A DNA stretch of 55,505 nt from NCBI GenBank assembly GCA_045613315.1, contig JAZLAV010000019.1, positions 1 to 55,505 on the forward strand, read 5' to 3'. Position numbers and translations under genes: made by a program. Origin of the DNA: Candidatus Enterousia sp. Lineage in GTDB: Bacteria; Pseudomonadota; Alphaproteobacteria; Rs-D84. Below are positions 1 to 11,241 of the stretch, in pieces. Numbering within the stretch: position 1 is the stretch's first letter; each line of letters opens with the position of its first letter. The notes beneath the pieces are model-generated. The model was given only the letters and a program-made list of their open reading frames with translations, was not told where the DNA came from and did not search any database.

Positions 1-67
1 ACCCAAGGGTTGCTAAATGACATACGCCATTAAGCCAACCCTTTCCCGCCCCACACCGGGGGCAGGT

Positions 68-88
68 AAAAACGCGTTCCGCGTTTTT
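68..88 (+). terminator. Rho-independent-type hairpin (aaaaacgcg ttc cgcgttttt) followed by a T-run
   Basis: Perfect GC-containing stem flanked by an A-run and a T-run, read directly. It would terminate a gene lying upstream of the window, or act bidirectionally. Confidence 0.45.
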
Positions 89-182
89 ATTTCCCACATT
101 TACCCCCATATGTTCATCCAATCGTCATCCCCGCGTCGTGATTCCAGCCGGCGAAAACCGCCCCGATGGGCAACCCGACATT

Positions 183-207
183 AAAAAACCGCCCGAACGG
201 GCGGTTT
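183..207 (-). terminator. Terminator of the autotransporter gene
   Basis: Stem aaaccgccc / gggcggttt with loop gaac. On the minus strand it is followed by a T-run. It lies 4 nt downstream of the stop at 211. Confidence 0.7.
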
Positions 208-210
208 AAT

Positions 211-3200
211 TCAGAATCGGTATGAACCAGACAACTTGAATTTATGGAAATGCATATCGTTATTATACTGATAACGATAATCCAAACCCAATTGGAAACC
301 ACGCGACGATAACAATTCTAGACCGCCACCAATGTTTGCCCACAACGGATCAATATCCAATTCATACCGGGTATAGGATTTCGCAGGCCCGAATTTAAAC
401 TGGGCATAATCGGGCACCCCCAACACATCGTATTCCACCCCCGCCGATGCATATGGACGAACCTGGAACCACGATGTCGGATATATACGTTTCTGGACAG
501 TTAACGAATAGCCCGGCGTAAGTATCATGTACCCATCCGATTTCAAACGCATATATTCAGAACCCGCCGATTTTTCCGTCGCAGAAAAACCAAAGTTGTA
601 TCCAACGCGCGCATACGCATTGCCAACGATGTACTGATTCAACCAATCGTGCAACAACCCCCATTCAGAAATCAAACTGAACGCGGAACCAGAACCACTT
701 ATACTGGACACAAAGTTTTGTTCGCGCGATATGTCAAGCAAATGCAAATCAAAGAACCCGTTCCCATATACGCGCATTTTTGTCCCCAAAATTTTCATCA
801 TATACGCCCCCAGACCGATGTCTGTATCGGTGACATCAAAACTGGTGCGACCGGTAATTGTTTGACCCGAAATATAACTTAAATCTATGACATCGGCATC
901 ATCGGACGATGTGTGCGACACGCGCCCAGTTAATCCAAATATCAACGTCGACGAATGTTGCCGATCATAACCGGCCGTAATGCTGAACCGGTCACCACTG
1001 GCGTGTTTGCCATCGCTTATATTCTGGTAAAACAGACCGTAGTCGGCATCAACCCACAATTTATTCAAACTGCGATGACGATTCCAAATAAATTCATCCA
1101 CCATACGATCTTCGAAATCACGGAATGTTATGTGTTCGTTCATCGCAATATTGCCCGCCAATACTTCGATTTCACTGGGTTGGACCAACCGACTTATCCG
1201 GGCCAACGCGGTTCCGTCGGGACTTATCACATATTGTTCCATACGATCATACACTTCGTTTGCCAACGTTTCCAAATTCGTGCCCGCGAACACAACCGGT
1301 ATAGATTCGATTGGTGTGCGATTATTGAAACCCTTGTCCTGTAATTGCCCCGCAATCATTTCGTCCAGCGCACCGGCGGCGGCGTGTTCGCCCGCGGTGT
1401 GGTCGGGAACGCGATCAACAATCGGCTGAATCTTGAATACTTCGACCGGGCCACCAAACCGCGAATCAAACACGATATAGATACTGTCGGTGACGCCATC
1501 GTTATCAACATCACGCACACTTAAATATGCCGGCAAATTGGTTTGCGTTTCGTCGGCACTTGTGCCACTTTCGGCAATCGATGGTTCAAAATATTTGAAA
1601 CACAAACTGCCATCGTTATTACAGAAATTCACATTAAGGTTGCGAATCTTGTTCGCCAATTCGGCCAAACCTTCGGAACTGTCGGCGCGTAACAACCAAA
1701 TGGCCGTGCCATTATCAACCATATCAAATATGTCAATTCCAATTTGTGGCGCAACCAATTCCGTGCCGGACAATTCCGAACCAGAATTTGTTGCCGCGTT
1801 TATAAAACGACCACCAACCGAAATCAACGGCGCTGCATTACCATCAGTGGCGTTGGTGATTTGCCCCAATGTATTATCGTCAGCCAATGATACAGTCGAC
1901 CAATAATTATACGTCGTTGAATCAATCGTGACGCCCGGATTCGGCAAAATTACCGCGTGTATCATACTGTTATCGTCAAACGTGTAATCGTGACCAATAT
2001 TCATATGTTCCAGACCAACAAATTGAACACCGCCGGACACACTGCCGCCAACATCAACGTCCAACCAATCATTCGACGGGTTTGCCTGGATGCGCAAATT
2101 CGTTGCGTTTATGCCCCTGTTGCCAACCGTGACATCACTGGATTTAATCAGCATCGTTCCAGACGTTTGGGTAATTCCATCCGTAATTAAATTGCCCGCG
2201 GTCAACGTGTGGTTGTTCGATACAATATTGACATCACCCACCCCCAATGCACCGGTATAGTTTTGACGCAAAATACCGCCCGCATTTAATGTGTCATCAA
2301 ATGTCATTTCGTCCGCAGTAAAGGTTGCCAGACCGACATTGTTCGTCAATGACGTCGCCATTATTGAACCGGATGTTGTTTTGGCCGACAATGCGCCAGT
2401 GTTTGTAATAATCCCCAACGATAAATCATCGGTAATATTCAATGCCAACGTGCCCGCATTTGTAATACCACCGTTAACGGCCGTTATCGCAAACGATTTT
2501 GCATTTATTGTTGATGCCCCCGACGTGACATTTATACCATTTGCAAATGTCACATTATTCGTGATGTTATATTCAACATTATTCCCATCAACCAACAATG
2601 CACCATTTGATACGGTCAAATCCTGCGTTTGCACGGTTCCACCATTTTGCAATATCAATGTGCCAATTGTACCGCCCTGGCTTATATTACCACCACTAAC
2701 CACGATTTCATCGTCTATGCTAATTGTCGAACTGGCCAATTTTGTTGTTCCACCACCCAGATTCATTGTATCACCACCGATGGATGCACCATTCAATGTC
2801 ACATCGCCACCGGAAACATCAACAGTCGCAATCTGTAATTCATCTGTGGCCGTGGCAGTTGTTGTTCCACCGGTCGATTGTAATGTGGCCATCGTTATAT
2901 CCGTGGCACGAACATCCAATGTTCCGGCGTTTTTGACAATTCCGGTCGTATTAACCGAAACAGTATCGTTTGCACCCAATGACACCGTGCCGTTTGTGCC
3001 GTTGGTAATCGCCGTGGTTTGAACGATTTCACCCATTGCGGTGACTGTACCACCATTTGTGGTCGTTATTTCGTTATTGAACAAAACATCATTTTCCGCA
3101 ACGACATTTAACACACCGTTTGTCGTATCGGCAACAACCAACCCAGACAATGTCGCGTCGTCCCCAGAAATAATATTCAACGTCCCATTTTTAATTGACG

Positions 3201-5415
3201 CGCCACCGTTAACAACAACATTACCAGTATTTGTTTTTAATGTTATTTCATCTGTGTCACTTATAATCACACCACGGGTTAACCCCGTTACACCGTCAAA
3301 ATATATGCCGTTGGCAACATTAATATCACCGTTCGTGGCGGTCACGCTGTCCCCATGCAACAAGAACAAACCGTTACCAGACAACGAATTTAATTGTGTT
3401 GCGCCGGAATACATTTCGACCGTTCCGCCGATATTTGCCACAACATCACCTGTGACATCCAACGTTGTTTGTGTTGTTGATGTCGATGCGTTTCCAAATG
3501 CAATATTTCCCATACCCCCAGTGGTCACATCGCCACCAATTTCAATTACGTTAGCCGCCAATGTTGCACTGCGCGCGATGGATGAATCGGTTGCGACAAC
3601 ATCACCACCAATATTTATCTGGCCGGCGGATGTTATGGTAAATCTGTTAACACCACTGTTGGCAACATTAACATCGCCCCCCGTTGTCGCATCAGTACCA
3701 CTGAACGTTAAATTACCACCGATTTGTGTACCGCCACCAACATTTAAATTATATGTGTTTTGCCCAACATTAAACGCACCATTTGAAACCAGCAAATTAC
3801 CGGTTATTGTTGCGCCACCAATCAACGCATCCAGGTTGGTTACACCGCCGTTCGTATTTATTCCGCCGACAACAACACCGCCCCCGGTTGAATCAGACCC
3901 ATAAATTATTGTTGTTCCACCAGTTGTTGAAACAACGTCGTCAACCGCAATTTCACGCGCATTTATTTTCGTTGTGCCACCCGAATTACTTACACCGCCG
4001 GACATATGCACCCGCCCCGTTGGATCGGTTTGCGCCACGATTGTTAATTGCCCATTACCGGTATTAGACGTATTTGTCATTTCTATGATATTACCGTCCA
4101 GCAACATTGTGCCAGCATTGGAAACCGCGCCAGTTGCAGACAATGTTCCATCGGCAAAAATGTTTGTTGTGGAACCAGACGCGCCATAAACACTAGTACC
4201 GCCAACATTTGAAATTGTGATATTTCCGGCCGTATCTTCCAATGTGCTGACCGTCAATGTTTGGCCACGGTTTTGTATTGTTGATGCGGTTATACCATTC
4301 GCACCCGCGGTAAGTGTCATATTTGTCGCACTGTTGGTATTCGTTCCGTTGGTAATATTATTTGCAGAAATGACACCATCACGTACCACCAATTCAAAAT
4401 TTGCTAAATGATTGTTTTCGAACACCTGGGACAAACTGTCCGCGCCCCCACCCAGATCTAACGTACCCGTTTTCAGAACGAAGGTATTGGCGGCGTTCAT
4501 TCCACTTAAATCAAAACCAAAGGCCAGTTTTGTTTCACCCGCCACATCAAGCGACAAATTCCCCTTATTAACAAAAGATGCCGCCGATAACGAACCACCA
4601 TCAACTTCCAACGAATCCAACACCAAATTCATCGTACCACCATTGGCATCGTTCTTCATTGTACCGGCCACACCCATATCAGCGCCCGTTATACGCATCA
4701 GTGTGCCACTGTTTTCAACACTGCCGGTGCTGGTAATGTCACCACCTGATTCAATAATCATTGACCCCGAAATGTTTTGGATGTTTCGCGCGAACAATGT
4801 TCCCGCAGACACATTTGTTTCCGCATTACCATTTGCAATAAAATCATTTGTTATCGATAATGCGTTCACAACATCCAACGTTGTATTTCCACCGGTCGAA
4901 TGAATTGTGCCCGTAACGTTCATCGCATTTGCACTTATCCCCAAATTGGCGTTACTGGATATATTACCGGTACCAAGTGTCCCGATATTTTGCATCGTCA
5001 GCCAGCCATTTGCATTTATGGCACCAATATTGACCAAAGAAATTGTTGTTCCCTGGGATTTAGCACCAATTCCCAACGCATAGCCATTCAGAACCTCTAA
5101 TAAACTTGTAATAGAAATGTTGCCATCACTTACAATTGAATACGGGTTGGACGCGGTTGTTTCAACAAACAACTCGCCCGTTGGGGTTTCGGGATTTGTA
5201 CTGTCTTTTCCGACATACAACGCCCCCGCGGACAACCCGCCCGCACCCAACGATAAACCCGCGCCCGACACAACACGCGCATAATTATCAGACGCCACCG
5301 TCAACCCATCCATAACATTTGAATTTGGTGTTGTATTTGGGTCAATAACAATAGGATCCGCAACGGCCGCACCAAACGGAACAACACACGATATAAGTGC
5401 TAAAAATTTTTTCAT
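211..5415 (-). CDS. Very large autotransporter-type outer-membrane protein (1734 aa)
   Basis: The N-terminus [19 protein letters not shown] is a signal peptide. The Asn/Thr/Gly/Ile/Val-rich quasi-repetitive passenger covers most of the length. The C-terminal ~280 aa have alternating aromatic/hydrophobic beta-strand character and end ...FKLSGSYRF with a terminal Phe, as in autotransporter barrels. Confidence 0.8.
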   Translation of the reverse strand: MKKFLALISCVVPFGAAVADPIVIDPNTTPNSNVMDGLTVASDNYARVVSGAGLSLGAGGLSAGALYVGKDSTNPETPTGELFVETTASNPYSIVSDGNISITSLLEVLNGYALGIGAKSQGTTISLVNIGAINANGWLTMQNIGTLGTGNISSNANLGISANAMNVTGTIHSTGGNTTLDVVNALSITNDFIANGNAETNVSAGTLFARNIQNISGSMIIESGGDITSTGSVENSGTLMRITGADMGVAGTMKNDANGGTMNLVLDSLEVDGGSLSAASFVNKGNLSLDVAGETKLAFGFDLSGMNAANTFVLKTGTLDLGGGADSLSQVFENNHLANFELVVRDGVISANNITNGTNTNSATNMTLTAGANGITASTIQNRGQTLTVSTLEDTAGNITISNVGGTSVYGASGSTTNIFADGTLSATGAVSNAGTMLLDGNIIEMTNTSNTGNGQLTIVAQTDPTGRVHMSGGVSNSGGTTKINAREIAVDDVVSTTGGTTIIYGSDSTGGGVVVGGINTNGGVTNLDALIGGATITGNLLVSNGAFNVGQNTYNLNVGGGTQIGGNLTFSGTDATTGGDVNVANSGVNRFTITSAGQINIGGDVVATDSSIARSATLAANVIEIGGDVTTGGMGNIAFGNASTSTTQTTLDVTGDVVANIGGTVEMYSGATQLNSLSGNGLFLLHGDSVTATNGDINVANGIYFDGVTGLTRGVIISDTDEITLKTNTGNVVVNGGASIKNGTLNIISGDDATLSGLVVADTTNGVLNVVAENDVLFNNEITTTNGGTVTAMGEIVQTTAITNGTNGTVSLGANDTVSVNTTGIVKNAGTLDVRATDITMATLQSTGGTTTATATDELQIATVDVSGGDVTLNGASIGGDTMNLGGGTTKLASSTISIDDEIVVSGGNISQGGTIGTLILQNGGTVQTQDLTVSNGALLVDGNNVEYNITNNVTFANGINVTSGASTINAKSFAITAVNGGITNAGTLALNITDDLSLGIITNTGALSAKTTSGSIMATSLTNNVGLATFTADEMTFDDTLNAGGILRQNYTGALGVGDVNIVSNNHTLTAGNLITDGITQTSGTMLIKSSDVTVGNRGINATNLRIQANPSNDWLDVDVGGSVSGGVQFVGLEHMNIGHDYTFDDNSMIHAVILPNPGVTIDSTTYNYWSTVSLADDNTLGQITNATDGNAAPLISVGGRFINAATNSGSELSGTELVAPQIGIDIFDMVDNGTAIWLLRADSSEGLAELANKIRNLNVNFCNNDGSLCFKYFEPSIAESGTSADETQTNLPAYLSVRDVDNDGVTDSIYIVFDSRFGGPVEVFKIQPIVDRVPDHTAGEHAAAGALDEMIAGQLQDKGFNNRTPIESIPVVFAGTNLETLANEVYDRMEQYVISPDGTALARISRLVQPSEIEVLAGNIAMNEHITFRDFEDRMVDEFIWNRHRSLNKLWVDADYGLFYQNISDGKHASGDRFSITAGYDRQHSSTLIFGLTGRVSHTSSDDADVIDLSYISGQTITGRTSFDVTDTDIGLGAYMMKILGTKMRVYGNGFFDLHLLDISREQNFVSSISGSGSAFSLISEWGLLHDWLNQYIVGNAYARVGYNFGFSATEKSAGSEYMRLKSDGYMILTPGYSLTVQKRIYPTSWFQVRPYASAGVEYDVLGVPDYAQFKFGPAKSYTRYELDIDPLWANIGGGLELLSSRGFQLGLDYRYQYNNDMHFHKFKLSGSYRF

Positions 5416-5525
5416 TGTATTTTTCGTTTACTATGGTTAATTTTATTGTTACATTTTATCATAATTTAGCAAATATAACAAGACAGAAAAACATTTCTAT
5501 ATTGTTTCAACCAAGGAGGAAAAGT

Positions 5526-6788
5526 ATGTTTCAAATCACAAACGTTCACGCACGTCAAATTATGGACAGCCGTGGCAACCCAACCGTCGAATGCGACATT
5601 ACATTATCCGGTGGCGCATTTGGGCGCGCATCTGTTCCGTCCGGCGCATCAACCGGCGCAGCCGAAGCACTTGAATTACGTGATGGCGGTGCAACATATA
5701 TGGGACGCGCGGTTTTAACGGCGGTAAAAAATATAAACGAAATTATTGCACCGCAAATAATCGGGATGGACGCAACAAAACAATCCGAAATTGATGAAAA
5801 AATGATTGCCATTGACGGAACCGAAAACAAATCAAAACTGGGGGCGAACGCTATATTGGCGGTGTCGTTGGCATTGGCACACGCATCGGCCAACGCAAAA
5901 CAGATTCCGTTATATAAATACATTGCCGAAATTTTCGGTGAAAAAAATCCATACGTACTGCCGCGACCAATGATGAACATTATTAATGGTGGCGCACACG
6001 CGGACAATGGCCTGGATGCCCAGGAATTTATGATTATTCCCGTTGGTGCAAAATCTGAAACAGACGCTGTCCGTATGGGAACGGAAGTTTTTCATCACCT
6101 TAAATCTATTCTGAAACGCGGTGGCAATTCCACAAATGTCGGCGACGAAGGCGGTTTTGCACCAAACTTTAATTCAACACGCACCGCATTGGACACAATT
6201 ATGTCTGCGATATCAGATGCTGGATACACGCCTGGCACCGATATTGCAATTGGTATGGATGTTGCGTCATCTGAATTTTACAAAAATGGCAAATATAATT
6301 TCGAAGGCCACGAATTGTCCGCCGACGAAATGATTGCATTTTATGAAAAACTTATTTCCGATTATCCGATAATTTCCATCGAAGACGCATTGGCCGAAGA
6401 AGAATGGGAAAATTGGAAAATATTGACCGAACGAATTGGGAACAAATGCCAATTGGTTGGCGACGATTTGTTTGTGACAAACCCGACCCGACTGGCACGC
6501 GGAATCGAAACGGGTGCCGCCAACGCCATCTTAATCAAAGTGAACCAAATCGGCACACTGACCGAAACATTGCGTGCAATCAAAATGGCCCAGGACGCAA
6601 AATATGGTGTAATTGTATCCCATCGCAGCGGCGAAACCGAAGACACCACAATTGCCGATTTGGCCGTTGCAACAAATGCCGGCCAAATAAAGACGGGTTC
6701 GATGTCGCGCACCGATCGTATGGCAAAATATAACCAGTTGATACGCATAGAAGAAGAACTGGACAAATCGGCAAAGTATGGTATATAA
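5526..6788 (+). CDS. eno: Enolase (phosphopyruvate hydratase)
   Basis: The translation [25 protein letters not shown]...[18 protein letters not shown] is textbook enolase. The start is moved to the ATG at 5526, preceded by the RBS aaggagga (5513-5520). The longer ORF-track start at 5397 overlaps the divergent autotransporter start. Confidence 0.97.
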   Translation: MFQITNVHARQIMDSRGNPTVECDITLSGGAFGRASVPSGASTGAAEALELRDGGATYMGRAVLTAVKNINEIIAPQIIGMDATKQSEIDEKMIAIDGTENKSKLGANAILAVSLALAHASANAKQIPLYKYIAEIFGEKNPYVLPRPMMNIINGGAHADNGLDAQEFMIIPVGAKSETDAVRMGTEVFHHLKSILKRGGNSTNVGDEGGFAPNFNSTRTALDTIMSAISDAGYTPGTDIAIGMDVASSEFYKNGKYNFEGHELSADEMIAFYEKLISDYPIISIEDALAEEEWENWKILTERIGNKCQLVGDDLFVTNPTRLARGIETGAANAILIKVNQIGTLTETLRAIKMAQDAKYGVIVSHRSGETEDTTIADLAVATNAGQIKTGSMSRTDRMAKYNQLIRIEEELDKSAKYGI

Positions 6789-6800
6789 TACCACCCAAGG

Positions 6801-6835
6801 AAACGGGGAATAATTGTATTCCCCGTTTATTTTTG
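6801..6835 (+). terminator. eno terminator
   Basis: Stem aaacggggaat / attccccgttt with loop aattgt, followed by atttttgg. Confidence 0.65.
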
Positions 6836-6842
6836 GACAAAG

Positions 6843-7040
6843 ATGACACACGTGATAATTTTGATTAAATACATTATTGCAATCATTTTGGTGATTGCTG
6901 TTTTTTGTGCGCCGGCATATTTAGCGCGCCAAACGGGCTGTGACAAAACAGATATGGCGCGCATTCGAATCGGATCGTGGCTATTGGGATGGTCCATTGT
7001 TGCATGGATATGGTCATTATTCAAAGCAACAAAAAAATAA
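6843..7040 (+). CDS. Small two-TM membrane protein, superinfection-immunity (Imm)-like family
   Basis: The 65-aa protein has two hydrophobic segments. The C-terminal motif SWLLGWSIVAWIWSLF resembles the LLGW..GW..ALxW signature of the Imm_superinfect family, recalled from memory and not searched. Confidence 0.5.
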   Translation: MTHVIILIKYIIAIILVIAVFCAPAYLARQTGCDKTDMARIRIGSWLLGWSIVAWIWSLFKATKK

Positions 7041-7073
7041 AACAACGGAACGAATGCCCCGTTGTTTTTTTCA
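7041..7073. terminator. Bidirectional terminator between convergent small genes
   Basis: Stem aacaacgg ... ccgttgtt, with an A-run before it and a long T-run after it. Confidence 0.55.
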
Positions 7074-7098
7074 TTTTTTTCAGATGCTTGAACAAATA

Positions 7099-7230
7099 TT
7101 ATCTTTCGATTTCTTCGGGCAGTTTCCCCAGGCGTGCCGACAATTCTGCACGGATATCAACCTTTGCAACCGCCTTTTTAAAGCCCACTTTACGCCCTGC
7201 CTGCTCAAACTTTTTTACATTATCAGTCAT
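7099..7230 (-). CDS. Hypothetical 43-aa basic protein (below the ORF-track cutoff)
   Basis: Hand translation gives MTDNVKKFEQAGRKVGFKKAVAKVDIRAELSARLGKLPEEIER with a TAA stop. There is an AAGG RBS-like element about 8 nt upstream. It fills the otherwise empty gap and ends at the shared terminator. Confidence 0.3.
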   Translation of the reverse strand: MTDNVKKFEQAGRKVGFKKAVAKVDIRAELSARLGKLPEEIER

Positions 7231-7318
7231 GTTTTTACCTTTATTCAAAACATCTCTCTGACAAACCAACTATATACACACCATGGTTTTTGTCAAGTGT
7301 TTTATTTCACCATCCGCA

Positions 7319-8938
7319 CTAATCACCACAACCATATTCACCACATGTCGCGTCGGAATATTCGCCGACCTCTATGGCGACCGGATTACCCGCCGGTTCA
7401 TTTGTCGTATAATGCGTTTCCTTGACTACGCGAACACGGCGATTGGCCGCATTTGGTGTATTATCCGGTGTCGGCACAGCTAAATCTTCTTCGCCACTGG
7501 ACACGGCGACGATTTGACTGGCCGGGATACCATATTGAATCAGCATTTTCTGCACCGCTTCGGCACGGCGCCCACCCAATGCATAGTTATAACTTTTACT
7601 GCCCGCGGTATCGGTATGACCAACAACAGAAACCTTGATATTCTTGTTTTCCTGGGTTGCCGTCGCCAACTTTTCAATCAAATCACGATATTCCGGTTTA
7701 ATAACGGCCTTGTTGAAATCAAAGCGTACCTCGAACACTTCTTCCATAACATGCTGTTTTGGCTCCAACGGAATTTGCTGTACTTTAATCATCGTTTTTT
7801 CGCCGGCTGCCGCCTGGATTTTGTCCAAACGCGCATTTATCGCCGCCAACTCTTCACGCATAGCAATCATCATATCTATGAATTCGGCACGCGTCACCAA
7901 ATCATCATTAACAACCGGAACGATAACGGGTTCTGAGTCTGGACAATCACATTGGATTGGTTCTTCGACCAATGGGCACGGTTGTGATTCACATTTTTGT
8001 GCTGCACACGGACACCCCCCAGATACCGCGTTCACAACACCCAAACTGCGCGCATCAACTTCGTTACCACTGTTGGCCATATTAAACCGGCGCACATCCA
8101 AAGAATTGCCGTTGTTTGACATATTTTTACTAACCGTCTTGTCGCCACCATAAATATTCTGATTAAACACCATTGGTTGCACCGGCACAGGGTTAATCAA
8201 ATGTTCCGGGACATTCACATTATTAACAATAATCACCCCTTCGCGTGTACGAGACGAATTCGCCATCGCACGCATATTACGTGTTTCCGGATAGTATTCA
8301 CCGGCACTGCGCGGAACACTATTCACCGCAACTTCTGTTTTTACGGTTTCCGCCCCCACAGAAGGTGTCTGGGTCTTGGCAATTACCCTGCCCCCCTTGC
8401 AATCACGCAATGCAATTAACGCCTTTTGGAAACGTTCACGACATTGACGCGCGGTAGCATCCTGGCCACTGGCGGTGGCAGACAACCAACAATCATATTT
8501 GGCCTGGACTTCGGCTGCTAATTCGGGTTGTGTATCAGACGCATCGTTTTTCAATTGTTCCATTAAATCATTATACGCCGTGTATAATTCAAACGAAGTC
8601 TGTTCGTCATCAACCGGCCAATTTTCCATTGTTTCCGGGAACGGCAATTCACCAGAAAACGCCGCCACGGCCTTTTGTGCGAACAATTCGCCCATTTCCG
8701 GATACCCGGACGTCCGTGCATTATAAATTGCATACGAACGATAATTCATCGCCAACTGATTCAAGAAAGAATCTTTGTGTGGGGCCGAATACACATCCAA
8801 ACGTTCGACATAATCAACGGTTGGTGTTGATGCGACATAACCCACATCTCCCGAATTATCGCGCGCACACGCCGCAACGGCAAACACCATCACGCCCAAC
8901 AACAAATGAAGTTTGTATTTTGAACTTTGCGTTTTCAT
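7319..8938 (-). CDS. OmpA-family (peptidoglycan-associated) lipoprotein, 539 aa
   Basis: The signal peptide carries the lipobox LLGVMVFAVAAC. The C-terminal OmpA_C domain reads VRFDFNKAVIKPEY...VSVVGHTDTAGSKSYNYALGGRRAEAV...NRRVRVV. Confidence 0.85.
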   Translation of the reverse strand: MKTQSSKYKLHLLLGVMVFAVAACARDNSGDVGYVASTPTVDYVERLDVYSAPHKDSFLNQLAMNYRSYAIYNARTSGYPEMGELFAQKAVAAFSGELPFPETMENWPVDDEQTSFELYTAYNDLMEQLKNDASDTQPELAAEVQAKYDCWLSATASGQDATARQCRERFQKALIALRDCKGGRVIAKTQTPSVGAETVKTEVAVNSVPRSAGEYYPETRNMRAMANSSRTREGVIIVNNVNVPEHLINPVPVQPMVFNQNIYGGDKTVSKNMSNNGNSLDVRRFNMANSGNEVDARSLGVVNAVSGGCPCAAQKCESQPCPLVEEPIQCDCPDSEPVIVPVVNDDLVTRAEFIDMMIAMREELAAINARLDKIQAAAGEKTMIKVQQIPLEPKQHVMEEVFEVRFDFNKAVIKPEYRDLIEKLATATQENKNIKVSVVGHTDTAGSKSYNYALGGRRAEAVQKMLIQYGIPASQIVAVSSGEEDLAVPTPDNTPNAANRRVRVVKETHYTTNEPAGNPVAIEVGEYSDATCGEYGCGD

Positions 8939-9029
8939 AAATCGTCCCCTTTCCTGATTCTCTGTATTATACGATTTTTAGCGAAATTAGTAAAGCATAA
9001 AAACACCGCGATGAAAAAATATTGATTGT

Positions 9030-9836
9030 TTATTTATCCAAAAATTGCGACGCGATCGACCCCAACGATGACAAGCCCCCAAACCCAGAACCACTTTGGG
9101 AAATATTGCCGACCGTTTGCATAATTTGCGATGTGTTGGTACTTTGTCCAACACTACCAATTGTATCCACCAAGAAACTGCCCCACATTTCTTTTTTCTT
9201 TTTGCTTAACCGTGTATTCGAACATTCTTCGGCGCGCGACAACAATTTGGCGGCCATGGTTGCTTCTTGCCGGCTGTAATCAGAAACGCCGAAATCAACC
9301 AAGTCAAATATTTCATAAATATTGGAAACAGTTTTTTGTTCTTTTGGGCAATTTCTGGAACCATCGGGACAATATGTTGCCTTGCTAGCGCGTGGGAATT
9401 TATACCAAACCATAACACTATCCGCGGCCGTATCGAATGTATCATAACAGAGTATCGTTGAATCCGTCCCCGCATACAACGCAACCTGGTTGGCATAGGA
9501 ATTGTTATCTGTGCACGGCACCTGGTTCAACTTTGTTGAAACCTGTTCCCAAGTGGCGGTGCCTGTTTTTGCCCATTCTTTGATAACATTATTTACAAAT
9601 TCTATTTCCGCATTTGACGGTATGCACTGTGCGTCCAATTCGCGCTGCTGGGCGCTAAGTGATTGCACCCCTGACACCAATCCCATCACCGACGGCACCA
9701 AACTGGATACAGTGCTTGTGGCACTGGCTTCCTGGGTTGCGACGGGCGCCGCCTTTTTAATAGTGACCGCACCCACGGCCACATTTGTGGTCGCACACCA
9801 AGCCATCACGACAAACAACGCCAGATTTTTTTTCAT
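9030..9836 (-). CDS. Secreted hypothetical protein, 268 aa
   Basis: Signal peptide MKKNLALFVVMAWCATTNVAVGA. Scattered Cys residues and a Gly/Ser-rich C-terminus. No domain was recognised. Confidence 0.6.
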   Translation of the reverse strand: MKKNLALFVVMAWCATTNVAVGAVTIKKAAPVATQEASATSTVSSLVPSVMGLVSGVQSLSAQQRELDAQCIPSNAEIEFVNNVIKEWAKTGTATWEQVSTKLNQVPCTDNNSYANQVALYAGTDSTILCYDTFDTAADSVMVWYKFPRASKATYCPDGSRNCPKEQKTVSNIYEIFDLVDFGVSDYSRQEATMAAKLLSRAEECSNTRLSKKKKEMWGSFLVDTIGSVGQSTNTSQIMQTVGNISQSGSGFGGLSSLGSIASQFLDK

Positions 9837-9916
9837 CTCTCTTGCCGAACATTATACCACAAAAAACACGTCACTCAAATATAAAAATTGCTTTTTGTTG
9901 TCGGGCGCGCTAAAGT

Positions 9917-10402
9917 ATGATTGATATGGCTGACAATCGTACATTTATAATCTTTTCCAAACACCGCCGTCTGCAACGCCTGTGGCAATTCTTTTTCACG
10001 GGCTGGGGGCTGGTAATGGTCGCCGCATTGGTGGCCGGCACGCTGTTCACGCACCAGTTATTATGGACCCCAATTGCCGCCATTAACATGCACGACATTG
10101 CGACGAACCAATTTAAAATGACGGACGCGTCTTTTTCTGGAATTGACCGCGACGGCAATCCGTTTCACATAACGGCCCAATCCGCCCGCCAGGAATATGA
10201 CCAACCGGACATTGTTTTTTTGGACACAATCCGCGGTCGCATTACACGAAAAATGGATGGCAAATTGGAAACGAACAACATTTCCGCCGACCGTGGCCAA
10301 TACAACATAAAACAAAAACGCGTCACACTAAGTGGTAATGTGCATATGAATTCAACGACCGGTGACCAGGTATTAACAGACGAAATGGTGATAAAATTAT
10401 GA
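9917..10402 (+). CDS. lptC: LptC-like LPS export protein (membrane-anchored OstA-fold)
   Basis: The 161-aa protein has a single N-terminal TM (LWQFFFTGWGLVMVAALVAGTLF) followed by a beta-rich periplasmic domain. Its stop overlaps the lptB start (ATGA), which suggests translational coupling. Confidence 0.55.
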   Translation: MIDMADNRTFIIFSKHRRLQRLWQFFFTGWGLVMVAALVAGTLFTHQLLWTPIAAINMHDIATNQFKMTDASFSGIDRDGNPFHITAQSARQEYDQPDIVFLDTIRGRITRKMDGKLETNNISADRGQYNIKQKRVTLSGNVHMNSTTGDQVLTDEMVIKL

Positions 10403-11127
10403 AACAATCTGTATTACGTGTTGAGCATTTATCAAAATCATATGGCAAACGTATGGTTATTCGCGACATATCGTTAATCGCGCGCCAGGGCGAATCGGTC
10501 GGTCTGCTGGGGCCGAACGGCGCGGGGAAAACAACTGCGTTCTATTGTATCACGGGCCAATTAAATGCCACAGGGGGTCAAATTTTTCTTAATTCCCAGG
10601 ACATAACCCACCTGCCGTTTTATCAGCGGGCGCGTTTGCACATCGGCTATTTACCCCAGGAAAACAGTGTATTCCGCGGATTAACCGTTGAACAAAACAT
10701 TATGGCAATATTGGAAGTTGTCGAACCCAATCGTAAAAAACGTCAACAAAAATTGGATGCGTTATTGGATGAATTTGCGATTTCATCCCTGCGGCGCAGT
10801 CCGGCAACCGCCCTGTCGGGTGGTGAACGACGCCGTGTTGAAATTGCGCGCGCGTTGGCAAACGATCCAAAATTTATTTTGCTGGACGAACCGTTTGCGG
10901 GCATTGACCCAATTGCGGTAAATGAAATTCGTTCATTGGTGTCGCAATTAAAGAACCGTGGTTTGGGTGTTATTATCACCGACCACAACGTGCGTGAAAC
11001 ATTGGGCATTACCGACCGCAGTTATGTTTTACACGACGGAAAAATATTGAAACACGGAACCACCGATGAAATTATCGCCGACGAAATGGTCAAAAAAGTG
11101 TACCTGGGCGAAGATTTTGTGATGTAG
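10399..11127 (+). CDS. lptB: LPS export ABC transporter ATP-binding protein LptB
   Basis: Walker A GPNGAGKTT, signature LSGGERRRVEIARAL and Walker B ILLDEPFAGIDP. The length of 242 aa is typical of LptB. Confidence 0.9.
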   Translation: MKQSVLRVEHLSKSYGKRMVIRDISLIARQGESVGLLGPNGAGKTTAFYCITGQLNATGGQIFLNSQDITHLPFYQRARLHIGYLPQENSVFRGLTVEQNIMAILEVVEPNRKKRQQKLDALLDEFAISSLRRSPATALSGGERRRVEIARALANDPKFILLDEPFAGIDPIAVNEIRSLVSQLKNRGLGVIITDHNVRETLGITDRSYVLHDGKILKHGTTDEIIADEMVKKVYLGEDFVM

Positions 11128-11154
11128 TTATTAACACTGACCACTAATAAAAAA

Positions 11155-11205
11155 CCGCCCCATTTTCACGCGACAAGGATTAACGTGAAAACTTTTTCGG
11201 GGCGG
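11155..11205. terminator. Compound nested hairpin between convergent genes
   Basis: The outer stem is ccgcccc (11155-11161) / ggggcgg (11199-11205). It encloses the inner stem ttttcacg (11163-11170) / cgtgaaaa (11184-11191). An A-run lies upstream. Confidence 0.5.
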
Positions 11206-11241
11206 GCACTTTAGGGACACACCTAAAGAAACTTCTTTCGT

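Noticed and set aside
2291-4903. Long plus-strand ORFs (243, 287 and 163 aa, and others) antisense to the autotransporter gene
   Set aside because: These are shadow frames created by the biased, repetitive composition of the passenger domain. The translations are low-complexity (V/P/T/F/N-rich). They have no RBS and no independent signals.
5397-5525. N-terminal 43-codon extension of the enolase ORF given in the ORF track
   Set aside because: It overlaps the start of the divergent autotransporter gene. The extension is hydrophobic and AT-rich with no counterpart in enolases. A strong RBS (aaggagga) precedes the internal ATG at 5526, which begins the canonical [13 protein letters not shown]-terminus.
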